DNA of 57,222 bases from an uncultured bacterium (GTDB lineage Bacteria; Patescibacteriota; Patescibacteriia; UBA9570; XYC2-FULL-38-9), in assembly GCA_937996685.1 (NCBI GenBank), contig CALKUP010000014.1, positions 1 through 57,222 on the forward strand, given 5' to 3'. The first letter of the stretch is position 1. Each line of letters opens with the position of its first letter. A model generated the notes under the pieces. It searched no databases and was not told where the DNA came from. It saw only the letters and a program-made list of their open reading frames with translations. Below are positions 11,218-21,187 of the stretch, piece by piece. The position numbers and the translations under genes are program-made.

Positions 11218-11448
11218 TTATTTCTTTTTCTTTAGAGGCGCATTCACCCAGCCTTTTTGCTTAAACACGAGCCATACTGCCATTGAATGACCATGTCCGA
11301 GATCAAACTTATCTTTGAGAAACTTCACCAGCACACCTGCTTTCATATCAGGATCAAGCAACCCTTGCTTTTTCATCAACTTCATAAAATCTTCCGGTGT
11401 TTTTCCGGTTTTGGCTTTGATGGTGTCGAGGTAGGCCTGGAATGACAT
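11218..11448 (-). CDS. DUF4287 domain protein
   Basis: MSFQAYLDTIKAKTGKTPEDF ... LGHGHSMAV is typical of DUF4287. I prefer the ATG at 11448; the ORF track extends to 11508. Confidence 0.65.
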   Translation of the reverse strand: MSFQAYLDTIKAKTGKTPEDFMKLMKKQGLLDPDMKAGVLVKFLKDKFDLGHGHSMAVWLVFKQKGWVNAPLKKKK

Positions 11449-11524
11449 AGGATGTATAATTAAGACTTTCTTCATTACAGTATAAAATAAAAAAGACTCA
11501 TTGAACATGAATCTTTTTTTGATG

Positions 11525-11615
11525 CGGAGAGAGAGGGATTCGAACCCTCGTTACCGGTTAAAACCAGTAAAACAGATTAGCAATCTATCGCTTTCAGCCA
11601 CTCAGCCACCTCTCC
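11525..11615 (-). tRNA. tRNA-Ser (anticodon GCU), long variable arm, CCA not encoded
   Basis: The reverse complement folds as GGAGAGG acceptor, GCTGAGTGG D-loop, anticodon loop TTGCTAA, long variable arm and GGTTCGAATCC T-arm. Confidence 0.9.
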
Positions 11616-11647
11616 ATTGTTCATTGATATTGAGACTCTATGCTCGG

Positions 11648-11734
11648 CGGAGAAGGAGGGATTCGAACCCTCGAGACCCGTGAAGGCCTAACGGTTTTCA
11701 AGACCGTCGCATTCGACCACTCTGCCACCTCTCC
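11648..11734 (-). tRNA. tRNA-Ser (anticodon UGA), long variable arm, CCA not encoded
   Basis: The reverse complement is GGAGAGGTGGCAGAGTGG ... with anticodon loop CTTGAAA, a variable arm and a GGTTCGAATCC T-arm. Confidence 0.9.
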
Positions 11735-11811
11735 ATTTATCAATAGCAATGAACGTTCGATTATTATAAAGATTTGGTTGAAAAAGTCAATTAGTGGTAT
11801 ACTGCTGTATA

Positions 11812-12320
11812 TGGCGGACGAAACAAAAAACCCTCAATCCATCGATGTCGGCAAAGAGCTGATTACCTGGTCATTCCCGGAATATCAACAATATGATCGT
11901 GGCCCACTGTGGTATCTTGTCACGTTGATTCTTGCCAGCGGGCTTATGGCCTTTGCGTACCAAGATCGCAATTTCTTATTTATTGTCATGATTTTATTGG
12001 TACTTTTTATTCTTTTTACCCACCACCGCAGAGATCCACTGCGCCTCACAATTGCCTTGCATGAGCGCGGTGTCCATATTGGCAGAGACTTTTTCCTCTA
12101 TCGCGACATTGCCTCTTTTGCTGTGTTATATGAACCACCGCATGTAAAAAAGCTCTATTTATTTCCAAAAAACTCTCTTTTACAGCGTGAATACAGTATT
12201 CCGCTGATGAACACCAATCCATTAGAAGTCCGCAAAATCCTCTTAGATTACGTTCGCGAAGATCTTGAAAAAGAAGAAGAATCAACTCATGAGTCATTGT
12301 CTCGCCTGTTGAAGTTTTAA
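11812..12320 (+). CDS. Hypothetical membrane protein (2 TM segments plus a soluble C-terminal domain)
   Basis: ATG at 11812. The upstream part of the ORF-track entry overlaps the tRNA genes. An extended -10 box, TGgTATACT (11796-11804), ends 7 nt before the ATG and there is no SD. Confidence 0.6.
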
Positions 12321-12359
12321 TTGACAATATCGTTCATATAGTATTTAATACGAGAACAT

Positions 12360-12433
12360 GTCCTCGTAGCTCAGATGGATAGAGCGTTGGTTTGCGGTAC
12401 CAGAGGTCGCACGTTCGACTCGTGCCGAGGACA
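12360..12433 (+). tRNA. tRNA-Arg (anticodon GCG)
   Basis: 74-nt cloverleaf: acceptor GTCCTCG/CGAGGAC, D-arm GCTC-AGATGGATA-GAGC, anticodon stem TTGGT/ACCAG with loop TTGCGGT, T-arm GCACG-TTCGACT-CGTGC. Confidence 0.85.
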
Positions 12434-12451
12434 CATATATAGAGAATCGAG

Positions 12452-13774
12452 ATGGAAACAAAATCTCAAAACACTCCCCCACACACCGTTGTTGTCGGCG
12501 CAGGACTTGCCGGACTTTCAGCTGCATACGAATTATTAAAAACTGGTGAACACCGCGTTACTGTTGTTGAAGCGCGTGACCGAGTTGGCGGTCGGGTTCA
12601 TTCAGTCACGGTTGATGGCTATGGCGCTGACCTTGGTGGTTTTATTATTTATCCATGGTACACAACGTATCACGCCCTACTTGATGAACTCGGGCTAGAA
12701 TCTCAATTACAACCAACACCAAACTACGACATTTTTTATGAGTTTGGCAGTAAACCAAAAGAATATATCGCAGACAAGGACATCGAACTCCCAGTTCGTG
12801 AAGCATTGTCTCTTGTTCAAAAAACACTGGTCCCAATATTACTTGATCGTGATGTTGCCAATCCACGGCTCCATGATTTTAACCACGAATCAATCAGCCA
12901 ATATATTGACGGGTATGCGAAAAAAAATAACAAAGACCTGTCTCGGTTAACAGCGTTTTTTGATCTTATTGCACAAGGCTATTGTTATGGTGACGCTGCT
13001 TCTTGGAAAGCGGCATTCATCGCACCAATTTTACGGCAAACGCAATTATATGGCGATGTCAAAAAGGCTTCTGTCTTTTTGCAAGGTAATAACACTGTTC
13101 CAAAATCACTCGCAAAAAAAATTCGTGACTTCGGTGGCGACATTATTCTCAACGAAACAGTACAAAGCATTGAACCAGGACGTGTCACAACCCAACATCA
13201 CACCATAGACTGTGACTTTATTATTTTGGCGCAAAATGCCACTCCGGAATTATACGCCCAAGCCTTTCCATCTGTTCCAAAAATGGAATGGCACTACACA
13301 ACTTTCATTACCGCGGTTATCGACATTGGGACCCCTGCCTTAATCAATGGCAGTGAAGAATGGATCGGTATGTTTTATGAACCACATCCAGAAAAACCGT
13401 ATCACATGACATCTGCAACCTACCTTGGCGGAGCCTATGGTTCATTGTTGTCTGGAAAAATGACCGTCAATATTCAAGTTAATGGCGACGCAATCAACGA
13501 ACAACCACTCTCTGACGACACGCTCTATACTATTGTAAAATCAGAAGTACAAGGTCGTTTTCCTGAATGCACCGATATTGAAATTATCACAGCAGAATAC
13601 TGGCCATGGACAATGCCAATTGCAGACGAATTATTTGTTGAAGCTGTCCGCAACGCACAAGGAGAAAACGGCATTTTTGTTGCAGGAGATTACCTTGGCA
13701 CTCCATCTATGGAAACTGCTGTCCGAACTGGCGTTCGAGCTGCAAGTGCTGTTCAAGAAAGACTACGAAAATAA
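12452..13774 (+). CDS. FAD-dependent oxidoreductase (amine-oxidase / protoporphyrinogen-oxidase-like fold)
   Basis: N-terminal dinucleotide-binding motif VVVGAGLAGLSAAYEL ... VVEARDRVGGR and a C-terminal FVAGDY motif. Confidence 0.75.
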   Translation: METKSQNTPPHTVVVGAGLAGLSAAYELLKTGEHRVTVVEARDRVGGRVHSVTVDGYGADLGGFIIYPWYTTYHALLDELGLESQLQPTPNYDIFYEFGSKPKEYIADKDIELPVREALSLVQKTLVPILLDRDVANPRLHDFNHESISQYIDGYAKKNNKDLSRLTAFFDLIAQGYCYGDAASWKAAFIAPILRQTQLYGDVKKASVFLQGNNTVPKSLAKKIRDFGGDIILNETVQSIEPGRVTTQHHTIDCDFIILAQNATPELYAQAFPSVPKMEWHYTTFITAVIDIGTPALINGSEEWIGMFYEPHPEKPYHMTSATYLGGAYGSLLSGKMTVNIQVNGDAINEQPLSDDTLYTIVKSEVQGRFPECTDIEIITAEYWPWTMPIADELFVEAVRNAQGENGIFVAGDYLGTPSMETAVRTGVRAASAVQERLRK

Positions 13775-15138
13775 TCTTCTTTTATTGTTTGCCAATACGG
13801 CTCCATGCGGCATAATTTTTGCGCATCTGCTGGATTTTTGAGCAACAACGCAATCGCCTCTTCTAAGAAAATGGTATTTTGCGATCCTTTCACAAGCACG
13901 ACCGCCTCTTCTGGAAGCGCTTTCGAGAGCCACTGACCAAGCACTCGACTACTCTCAAACCATTGCACGTCAGGAATACGCCCATCGCTCTGCAGAGCTG
14001 GAACTAACACATCACGTGTAATCTCACCAACACAATACACCGCGTCTGCATGTTGAATCAGGTCCGGAACGAGTGCGAGATGTTCAAACTCTGACTCAGC
14101 ACCCAGTTCACGCATATCACCAAGCAAGAGAATCCGTGGCCGCATTGACCCATCTTCACGCTGTGCAATCTGAGACAACAAGGATAAAAACGGCACAATT
14201 GCAGCGCGAGATGCGTTATATGAAGAATCAATCAGTGTTGATTGATGCACGCCCGGAAAGACTGAAGACCGACCAGCTGGAACGATGGTGTGCGCACTTA
14301 ATGACTCAGCCGCTTGTTCGAGTGATACACCACATGCCTGCGCCACTAACAACGCAACAACCATATTTTCACCATAGACTGCCGGCAATACCAGTCCTGG
14401 AAATGACAATGCAATTGTCTCGCTTCCAATCATCACCATAAATGTCGTCCCCTCAATCGAAACATGATGCACCAACACACGGCCGCCAGCAGGGTCCTTC
14501 ATTGAAAATGCGAGCACTCGCACATCATCTGATTGCGTCTTTGCCCAATCGGTAATCAATGCATGGATCATCGAGTCATCTTGATTGAAAATTGCAACAC
14601 GACAACCAGAGTCTCGAATGATCCGCGTATCATCTTCCGCAATCAGCTCAACGATTCTGTCTCGTTTTTCAGCTGGCGGCAATTGTTGCTCTTCTTGTGA
14701 TAGTGCCGCTTCATAATATCCTGTATGTGTCGCCGCAACATTTAATGACACCGCAATATCAGGGCGGACAAACGACAATAAGTATTCCATATTTTTTGGC
14801 GGGAACGGCCCATCAACACCCATTTCAACAACAACATGTGTTGTCCCACGAAGATACACGATGCCAAACGGAGCGCGCAGGAGCATTGTAATCCAATGAA
14901 GCGGTGAATACCCAGACGGTTTAATGCCAAGCAACCCGAGCGGCAAACCGGTTTCTGAATTTCCAGAGACCATTTTCACTTGAACACTGTCACGCAATGC
15001 AGCGTAGACACTATTACGCGTTGAAGACTTTCCGACCGAGCCGGCGATACCAATCACTGTCGGTCGATTGAGCCATAGCGAAAACCGAGCAATTGAACGC
15101 AAATACCAAAGGATGAATGATACGGCAATAGACTTCAT
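13753..15138 (-). CDS. murF: Mur ligase, UDP-MurNAc-tripeptide--D-Ala-D-Ala ligase (MurF-like)
   Basis: P-loop IGIAGSVGKSSTR, and C-terminal LLLGDMRELG typical of MurF. ATG at 15138 preferred over the ORF-track start at 15246. Confidence 0.75.
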   Translation of the reverse strand: MKSIAVSFILWYLRSIARFSLWLNRPTVIGIAGSVGKSSTRNSVYAALRDSVQVKMVSGNSETGLPLGLLGIKPSGYSPLHWITMLLRAPFGIVYLRGTTHVVVEMGVDGPFPPKNMEYLLSFVRPDIAVSLNVAATHTGYYEAALSQEEQQLPPAEKRDRIVELIAEDDTRIIRDSGCRVAIFNQDDSMIHALITDWAKTQSDDVRVLAFSMKDPAGGRVLVHHVSIEGTTFMVMIGSETIALSFPGLVLPAVYGENMVVALLVAQACGVSLEQAAESLSAHTIVPAGRSSVFPGVHQSTLIDSSYNASRAAIVPFLSLLSQIAQREDGSMRPRILLLGDMRELGAESEFEHLALVPDLIQHADAVYCVGEITRDVLVPALQSDGRIPDVQWFESSRVLGQWLSKALPEEAVVLVKGSQNTIFLEEAIALLLKNPADAQKLCRMEPYWQTIKEDYFRSLS

Positions 15139-15212
15139 AATACTCGCAAAAATTACGCAATTCTGATAGAATACAGCCAGTATACACCACTTATTTGCAT
15201 AATCATAGCCCC

Positions 15213-16055
15213 ATGAACAACCTTTTTCGACAACAAATTTTACCAAATGTCACCGCTATTGTTGTAACAGCCGCCCTGACTGGACTACTATTTCTTGAAG
15301 TGCTGATCTTGAATTTTTTCACTACAAACGACATTTCTCTTTCACTTCGTATCGGGGATGTGCTTATTGGTATTACCATTTATTTAAAAACCGCCATTGA
15401 TTTTGCGATCTACATTGCAAACCTCATGGAAAAAAATCGTGGCTGGAAACACCAATTTGCAATTGTGATTGGGACCGCAGCCGGCAACGGAATTGGAACA
15501 TTGATTGTCCTTGTTGTTTGGACACTGTTCAAAGAAGTTGATTGGCTCCTCGCGATTATGATTTTCATCGCATCTCTTGTCTTGGTCCGCCTGGCAGAAG
15601 AAGGCTTTGAACACGTTGAAGAAGCGGATGACAAATATCCACGCTGGTTCAAAAAAAGTGCGCATACATTGCATCGTGGCGTCGTTGCATTCAACAAAGG
15701 GGTTGCACCACTCTTGAAATATGTTGTACCAAATTTCAGCATGCGTGATTCTGTCGCAACCAGTTTTTGGAGCATGCTCAAAATTTCATTTACTGTTCCA
15801 TTTATTTTGGGACTTGATGATTTTGCTGGTTACGTTCCACTCTTTTCTGTCGTTAATGTCTTTGGTTTTGCGATTGGGGTATTTGTTGGTCACCTCGTGC
15901 TGTGCATGTTGCTGTTTATTTCCCCAAGCAAAACAATTGTTGTTATTAAAAACCCGATCATCTCATACATCGGCAGTCTCGTATTTATCGGCCTGGCAAT
16001 TTGGGGCATGACAGAAGTCTACCATTTACTCCACGGCGTTTTTTATCACTCATAA
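15213..16055 (+). CDS. Polytopic membrane protein, function unknown
   Basis: ATG at 15213 (15195 is TTG). About 7 hydrophobic segments. A TGaTAGAAT extended -10 lies upstream. Confidence 0.55.
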   Translation: MNNLFRQQILPNVTAIVVTAALTGLLFLEVLILNFFTTNDISLSLRIGDVLIGITIYLKTAIDFAIYIANLMEKNRGWKHQFAIVIGTAAGNGIGTLIVLVVWTLFKEVDWLLAIMIFIASLVLVRLAEEGFEHVEEADDKYPRWFKKSAHTLHRGVVAFNKGVAPLLKYVVPNFSMRDSVATSFWSMLKISFTVPFILGLDDFAGYVPLFSVVNVFGFAIGVFVGHLVLCMLLFISPSKTIVVIKNPIISYIGSLVFIGLAIWGMTEVYHLLHGVFYHS

Positions 16056-16089
16056 ATAGATCATTTCATCCGACTCTACTTTGATTTCT

Positions 16090-17760
16090 ATGCGCATGCA
16101 ATCTGTGTTGTCGTTTTGCAAAAAACAACCAATCACCCTTTGGATGCTCTGTGGTGTTGTCGGATTTTTTTTGATTGCCAATACTCTTTGGATTCAGCAA
16201 GATACCAGCCCGCCAATTTGGGATATGGCCGGACACTCACATCGCGCCGCTGTGACGGCAGACTTGATTGCGCATGGTGATGTTGTATCTATTTTGACAT
16301 ACGACACCATCTACCCACCATTTGCCTACATCGTCACAGCAATGCATTTTCTGATCTTTGGATTTCAGGTTGATATACCACAATATTCAAATGCCTTGTT
16401 TGTCATTCTGTACGCTGCCAGCATGTGGGTGCTTGGCAAACAGCTTTTTCAACGCACCGACATTACCGTTCTTGCGGTTGCAAGCTCGCTTCTCTATCCG
16501 CTACTTGCACACATGACACGGATCTATGAGCTCGACTTTCAACAACTCGCAATGGTGTGCGCAACACTTGCTGTCTGGTATAAAACGAAGCAATTGCAAC
16601 ACCGTGGCTGGAGTATTGCGTTTGGTGTCATTGTTGCTTGTACCTTGCTCACAAAATGGACAGCGATTCTCTTTCTGGTTGGTCCATTAGGTTTTTTGAT
16701 TATTGAATCACTCTACACCCATTGGACAAAAATAGAATTTCGTCGCCGATTTCTAACACATCTTGCAATCGCCGTTGGACTTGCGGTGCTCATTGCCGGG
16801 CCGTGGTTTTCAATGCACTTGGTGACCATTCTGATTTCAGCACATCGCACACGCAATAATGTTTTTTCTGTTCCATTTGAAAGTATCTGGAGTCTTGGGA
16901 ATATCTTTTTTTATCCGACACAAATAATTCGCACCGTCGGGTGGCCGGTATTATTCTTCTCACTTGCCGGCAGTGTCGTGCTGTTTCAAAAAAATAAACG
17001 AGCGTTTCTTTTGCTCGCAATTTGGATTGTGGTTCCATATCTCATTATGACCTTCTTGCTCTACTCAAAAGAAAGTCGGTATTTTTTATCAGCCTATCCA
17101 GTGATTGCATTTACAGCTGCGAGCATTCTTCTGATACAGAAAAAATACATCGCGATGACTGGCGCAACGCTATTATTGCTCTTCGGTCTTCTCTTTTGGA
17201 GCGAAACAACCTGGAATGTTCGCCTCTTTCCGGAAAACGTCTATCGTGCAATCCATTTCACAAACTATGTGTATGGGTATGATCAATTTGGCTTTGGATT
17301 TCCCTATCCAACACAGCATCACCCGGACATCGCTCGCATCGCTCAAGCAATTCAGAGCGACAATGCCGCACGACAATCAAGCATCGAAGAACAGCAACGC
17401 ATGCGCATTGCAGTTGTCCCGAACAGCATGTTTCTCACAGCGCAGCAAATTCAATATTACAACGTACTCGCGGGTGTTGATCGCGTGAGTGCAGTAAACA
17501 CATGGGACTATCAACTCAGCACTCTTGTGCGTGGCGATGATTGGCGCGCGCAACTGCAACAGGCAGACTATATTATTACAAAAACGGGTGACCAAGGCCC
17601 GGAAATTTGGGGTAAAAAACTGAGCGCTATTCAAAAAGAAGAGAAAGCCAAGAAATCACTCTTCTCTGATTTTGAGCTACTCACTGAATACCCGGTCACA
17701 ACACAAGAATACACACCACAAACAGTGCGCGTTTATTTCAACCCTCATCCAGCACGATAA
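16090..17760 (+). CDS. GT-C-type membrane glycosyltransferase (ArnT/PMT-like), tentative
   Basis: About 12 TM segments over roughly 400 aa, followed by a soluble C-terminal domain of about 150 aa. This architecture is typical of GT39/GT83-like enzymes. No motif-level proof. Confidence 0.5.
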   Translation: MRMQSVLSFCKKQPITLWMLCGVVGFFLIANTLWIQQDTSPPIWDMAGHSHRAAVTADLIAHGDVVSILTYDTIYPPFAYIVTAMHFLIFGFQVDIPQYSNALFVILYAASMWVLGKQLFQRTDITVLAVASSLLYPLLAHMTRIYELDFQQLAMVCATLAVWYKTKQLQHRGWSIAFGVIVACTLLTKWTAILFLVGPLGFLIIESLYTHWTKIEFRRRFLTHLAIAVGLAVLIAGPWFSMHLVTILISAHRTRNNVFSVPFESIWSLGNIFFYPTQIIRTVGWPVLFFSLAGSVVLFQKNKRAFLLLAIWIVVPYLIMTFLLYSKESRYFLSAYPVIAFTAASILLIQKKYIAMTGATLLLLFGLLFWSETTWNVRLFPENVYRAIHFTNYVYGYDQFGFGFPYPTQHHPDIARIAQAIQSDNAARQSSIEEQQRMRIAVVPNSMFLTAQQIQYYNVLAGVDRVSAVNTWDYQLSTLVRGDDWRAQLQQADYIITKTGDQGPEIWGKKLSAIQKEEKAKKSLFSDFELLTEYPVTTQEYTPQTVRVYFNPHPAR

Positions 17761-19805
17761 TGAAGACTGATACATTTTTTCTGCAATCTGTTGAGTCATT
17801 AAGTGGCGTTGGACCACGTGCAAAAACAGCCTTACATCGTCTTGGTATACAGACGATCCGAGATCTCTTCTGGCATCTACCGGTGCGATACGACCAAGCA
17901 ACACGACTGAATCATATTGCTGATGTGCCAGATGGCGTGATCGCAACCGTCAGCGGAGAACTCATTCAACTTGCTAGCCGACGGTCTTTTCAACGACGCG
18001 GACTTACGATGGTGCAAGGAGTCATTCGTGACGATTCTGGCGATCTACAAATTACATGGTTTCGACAACCATACGTCATCAAGCAACTTGCTGTTGGTGA
18101 TATGATTGAAATCACCGGAGTTGTGAAGCCCGGAAAATACGGTCGCGGCATGACAAATCCTGCCTATAAAAAAATGAAAGTAGACACCAGCGCAGTTTCT
18201 GCGGATGAAGCCCTACATGACGTCATTCCGTATTACCCTCTCACTGCCGGGATGACACAACCAGTCTTGCGAAAAATTATCCGCACCGCTCTGGCGAATT
18301 TACCAAAAAAAAGTGACTACCTACCGACAACCATACAAACAGAGTACAACCTACTCCCTCTCAGCGAAGCGCTCAAAGAAACCCATGGGCCGAGTAACCA
18401 TCTCCAGGCCATTGTCGGACAACGCCGATTACTCTTTGATCAATTTTTTATTGAGCAGCTGGCTGTGCAAAAACTCAAAGCAGCTAATCGTGCACACAAT
18501 GCTCCGGCGATTCCTTTTTTACAAGATGATGTCGTTGCCTTTGTGCAGACCCTTCCATTTGCATTAACGGATGATCAGCGCAAAACAACGTGGCGCATTA
18601 TTCAAGACTGCGAAACAACAAGACCGATGAATCGCCTCGTTATTGGTGATGTTGGCTCTGGTAAAACCGTTGTCGCTGCAATTGCTGCACTGAATGTTAT
18701 TCGCAATGGCTATCAAGTCGCCCTGATGGCCCCGACAACCATTCTTGCCGAACAGCACATGAAAACCTTGCAACGGTTTTTTCAGAACACAGAAATTACC
18801 ATGGAACTACTCACAGGTACGCCGTCTTCACGCACAAAAACAAAAAAAGCTCTCACCGCAGATATCATTATCGGCACCCACGCGCTGATTCAAAAAAACG
18901 TACGCTTCCGCAGACTTGGCCTTGCCATTGTCGATGAACAACACCGCTTTGGCGTTGGGCAACGCAAAAAACTCATGGAGCTCTCAATGCTGAAAAATAG
19001 CACGCCACATTTTTTATCACTCTCTGCAACTCCAATTCCGCGGACACTCGCCCTCACACTCTACGGCGACTTAGATCTGTCTCTTATCTCGCAAATGCCT
19101 GTTGGTCGAAAACCGATTACTACTCGCATTATTGGAAGTACGGCAACCGCTGTTGTTGAAAACCACATCATTGAACACGCAGCGCGCGGAGAAGCAACAT
19201 TTATTCTCTGTCCACTCATTGAAGATTCTGACATGCTAGATGCAACAAGCGTCACAACATATGCCGAACAACTACAAACATCAGCCTTAAAGGATTTGCG
19301 TATTGGAGTATTGCACGGAAGAATGAAACCAGCTGAAAAAGAAGCAGTACTACAAAATGTATTACAGAAAAAAATTGACATTCTCGTCACAACAACGGTT
19401 GTTGAAGTTGGCATTGATATTCCGCATGCAACGACAATCGTTATTGAAAATGCAGAACGCTTTGGACTTGCGCAGCTCCACCAACTCCGTGGACGCGTTG
19501 GACGATCCGATGTTCAATCATATTGCTTCTTAAAAACCGCGTCACGAGGCCCTACTGCAATAGAACGATTACAAGCACTTGAAACCGAGCAACGCGGCAT
19601 GAAGCTTGCAGAAATTGATCTGCAATTACGTGGTAGCGGTGATTTATACGGCACACGCCAATCTGGCAGTGGATACACTCTAGAAGATGCTATGCACTAT
19701 CCTGACCTTGTTGAAGCTGCAAACAGCGCCGCTGCGCACACAAGCATCCCGGAAGAACTCCAAGCATTTGTGGATCACGCATATCAAGCGCTCCACCGAG
19801 AATAA
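17760..19805 (+). CDS. recG: ATP-dependent DNA helicase RecG
   Basis: Wedge/OB N-terminal domain, helicase motifs GDVGSGKT and DEQHRFGV, and C-terminal LRGRVGR. The start overlaps the upstream stop (TAATG). Confidence 0.9.
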   Translation: MKTDTFFLQSVESLSGVGPRAKTALHRLGIQTIRDLFWHLPVRYDQATRLNHIADVPDGVIATVSGELIQLASRRSFQRRGLTMVQGVIRDDSGDLQITWFRQPYVIKQLAVGDMIEITGVVKPGKYGRGMTNPAYKKMKVDTSAVSADEALHDVIPYYPLTAGMTQPVLRKIIRTALANLPKKSDYLPTTIQTEYNLLPLSEALKETHGPSNHLQAIVGQRRLLFDQFFIEQLAVQKLKAANRAHNAPAIPFLQDDVVAFVQTLPFALTDDQRKTTWRIIQDCETTRPMNRLVIGDVGSGKTVVAAIAALNVIRNGYQVALMAPTTILAEQHMKTLQRFFQNTEITMELLTGTPSSRTKTKKALTADIIIGTHALIQKNVRFRRLGLAIVDEQHRFGVGQRKKLMELSMLKNSTPHFLSLSATPIPRTLALTLYGDLDLSLISQMPVGRKPITTRIIGSTATAVVENHIIEHAARGEATFILCPLIEDSDMLDATSVTTYAEQLQTSALKDLRIGVLHGRMKPAEKEAVLQNVLQKKIDILVTTTVVEVGIDIPHATTIVIENAERFGLAQLHQLRGRVGRSDVQSYCFLKTASRGPTAIERLQALETEQRGMKLAEIDLQLRGSGDLYGTRQSGSGYTLEDAMHYPDLVEAANSAAAHTSIPEELQAFVDHAYQALHRE

Positions 19806-19817
19806 ACAGCGATGAGC

Positions 19818-21149
19818 TTATAACACTTTTGCTTCAGTTAACAAGCCGCTGAGAGTTTTTACTTTTTTTTGATTCAATACTTGTTTCAAACCGAAACGCT
19901 TTGCTTCTTTCGCTCGTTCATCATCACGGGATACGGAACGCACTTCCCCGCCAAGACCAATTTCACCCCACGTGACAACTGTTTTATCAACGACAACATC
20001 ATGTAACGCAGAAACGATTGCGAGGCACACAGCGCTATCTAATGCTGGGTCAACGAACTTTAATCCACCGACAACATTCACATAGACATTATGTTGCTCC
20101 AGGGAAATCCCAGCACGACGTTGCAACACAGCAAGTAACATGTTTAAACGATTGAGATCAAACCCAGAAGATTTTCGCTCTGGATATCCAAACGACGTTT
20201 TTGTCACCAGCGCTTGCACCTCGATTAAAAATACACGATTTCCTTCAAGCGTTGAACTCATCACCGAGCCCGAACTACTTGATCGCTCATCGATAAATAA
20301 TGCTGACGCACTTGGCACTTCTTCTAAACCTTCGGATCGCATTTGAAACACACCAACTTCTGAGGTTGCGCCAAAACGATTTTTGACTGCGCGTAATAAA
20401 CGGAATTGATGCTGACGATCGCCTTCTAAATACAAGACCGCATCAACAATGTGTTCCAACATTTTTGGCCCACCTAATTCACCGCCCTTTGTGACATGGC
20501 CAATAATCAAAATTGGCACGCCAGATTTTTTTGCGCATTCTAATAATCGAACCGTACATGCTTTGAGTTGATTCACGCTCCCAGGCTCTCCGTCCGCTAA
20601 TGACGACGCAATGGTTTGAATAGAATCAATAATTAATAATTGCGGTTTCGTTTCAATTGCTGTTTTACAAATTGATTCAACGTGTTGCTCACCAGAATAC
20701 AACAAACGTGCTTGAGAAATACCAAGACGCTGCAAGCGCAATTGAATTTGCTGACCAGACTCTTCACCAGAGACATACAACACATCAGCCGACGATGCAA
20801 TATTTCCAGCAATTTGCGCAACGAGGGTTGATTTTCCAATTCCTGGATCTCCGCCAAGGAGTACCAACTCGCCAGCCACAAATCCGCCCCCAAGCACGCG
20901 GTCCACTTCTGAAATCCCTGTCGTGAGACGCGGAGCTGTTTCAATAGCGATATCAGTAAATGGCATCACGTTTGCGCTTTTTGCGTTATCGACAGCTGTC
21001 TGGCGATTACTTAATGCAACCGGCTCGCTATCCGGTGCCGCTTCTTCGGCAATAGTCCCCCATTTGCCACATTCGGTGCATTGCCCTGCCCATTTTGGAA
21101 ACTGAGCGCCACAATTGGAACACCCAAAAATTGTTGATACTTTTTTCAT
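19818..21149 (-). CDS. radA: DNA repair/recombination protein RadA (Sms)
   Basis: Zinc finger CSNCGAQFPKWAGQCTECGKWGT, Walker A GDPGIGKST, KNRFG motif and a Lon-like C-terminus. TGaTATACT (21156-21164) ends 6 nt upstream of the ATG. Confidence 0.92.
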   Translation of the reverse strand: MKKVSTIFGCSNCGAQFPKWAGQCTECGKWGTIAEEAAPDSEPVALSNRQTAVDNAKSANVMPFTDIAIETAPRLTTGISEVDRVLGGGFVAGELVLLGGDPGIGKSTLVAQIAGNIASSADVLYVSGEESGQQIQLRLQRLGISQARLLYSGEQHVESICKTAIETKPQLLIIDSIQTIASSLADGEPGSVNQLKACTVRLLECAKKSGVPILIIGHVTKGGELGGPKMLEHIVDAVLYLEGDRQHQFRLLRAVKNRFGATSEVGVFQMRSEGLEEVPSASALFIDERSSSSGSVMSSTLEGNRVFLIEVQALVTKTSFGYPERKSSGFDLNRLNMLLAVLQRRAGISLEQHNVYVNVVGGLKFVDPALDSAVCLAIVSALHDVVVDKTVVTWGEIGLGGEVRSVSRDDERAKEAKRFGLKQVLNQKKVKTLSGLLTEAKVL

Positions 21150-21187
21150 ATCAACAGTATATCAAAAAACCGAAAGAAAAGCGAATG

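Noticed and set aside
11501-11811. ORF-track entries 11501-11683 (+) and the 5' part of 11640-12320 (+).
   Set aside because: They overlap the two tRNA-Ser genes on the opposite strand. The real CDS most likely starts at the ATG at 11812.
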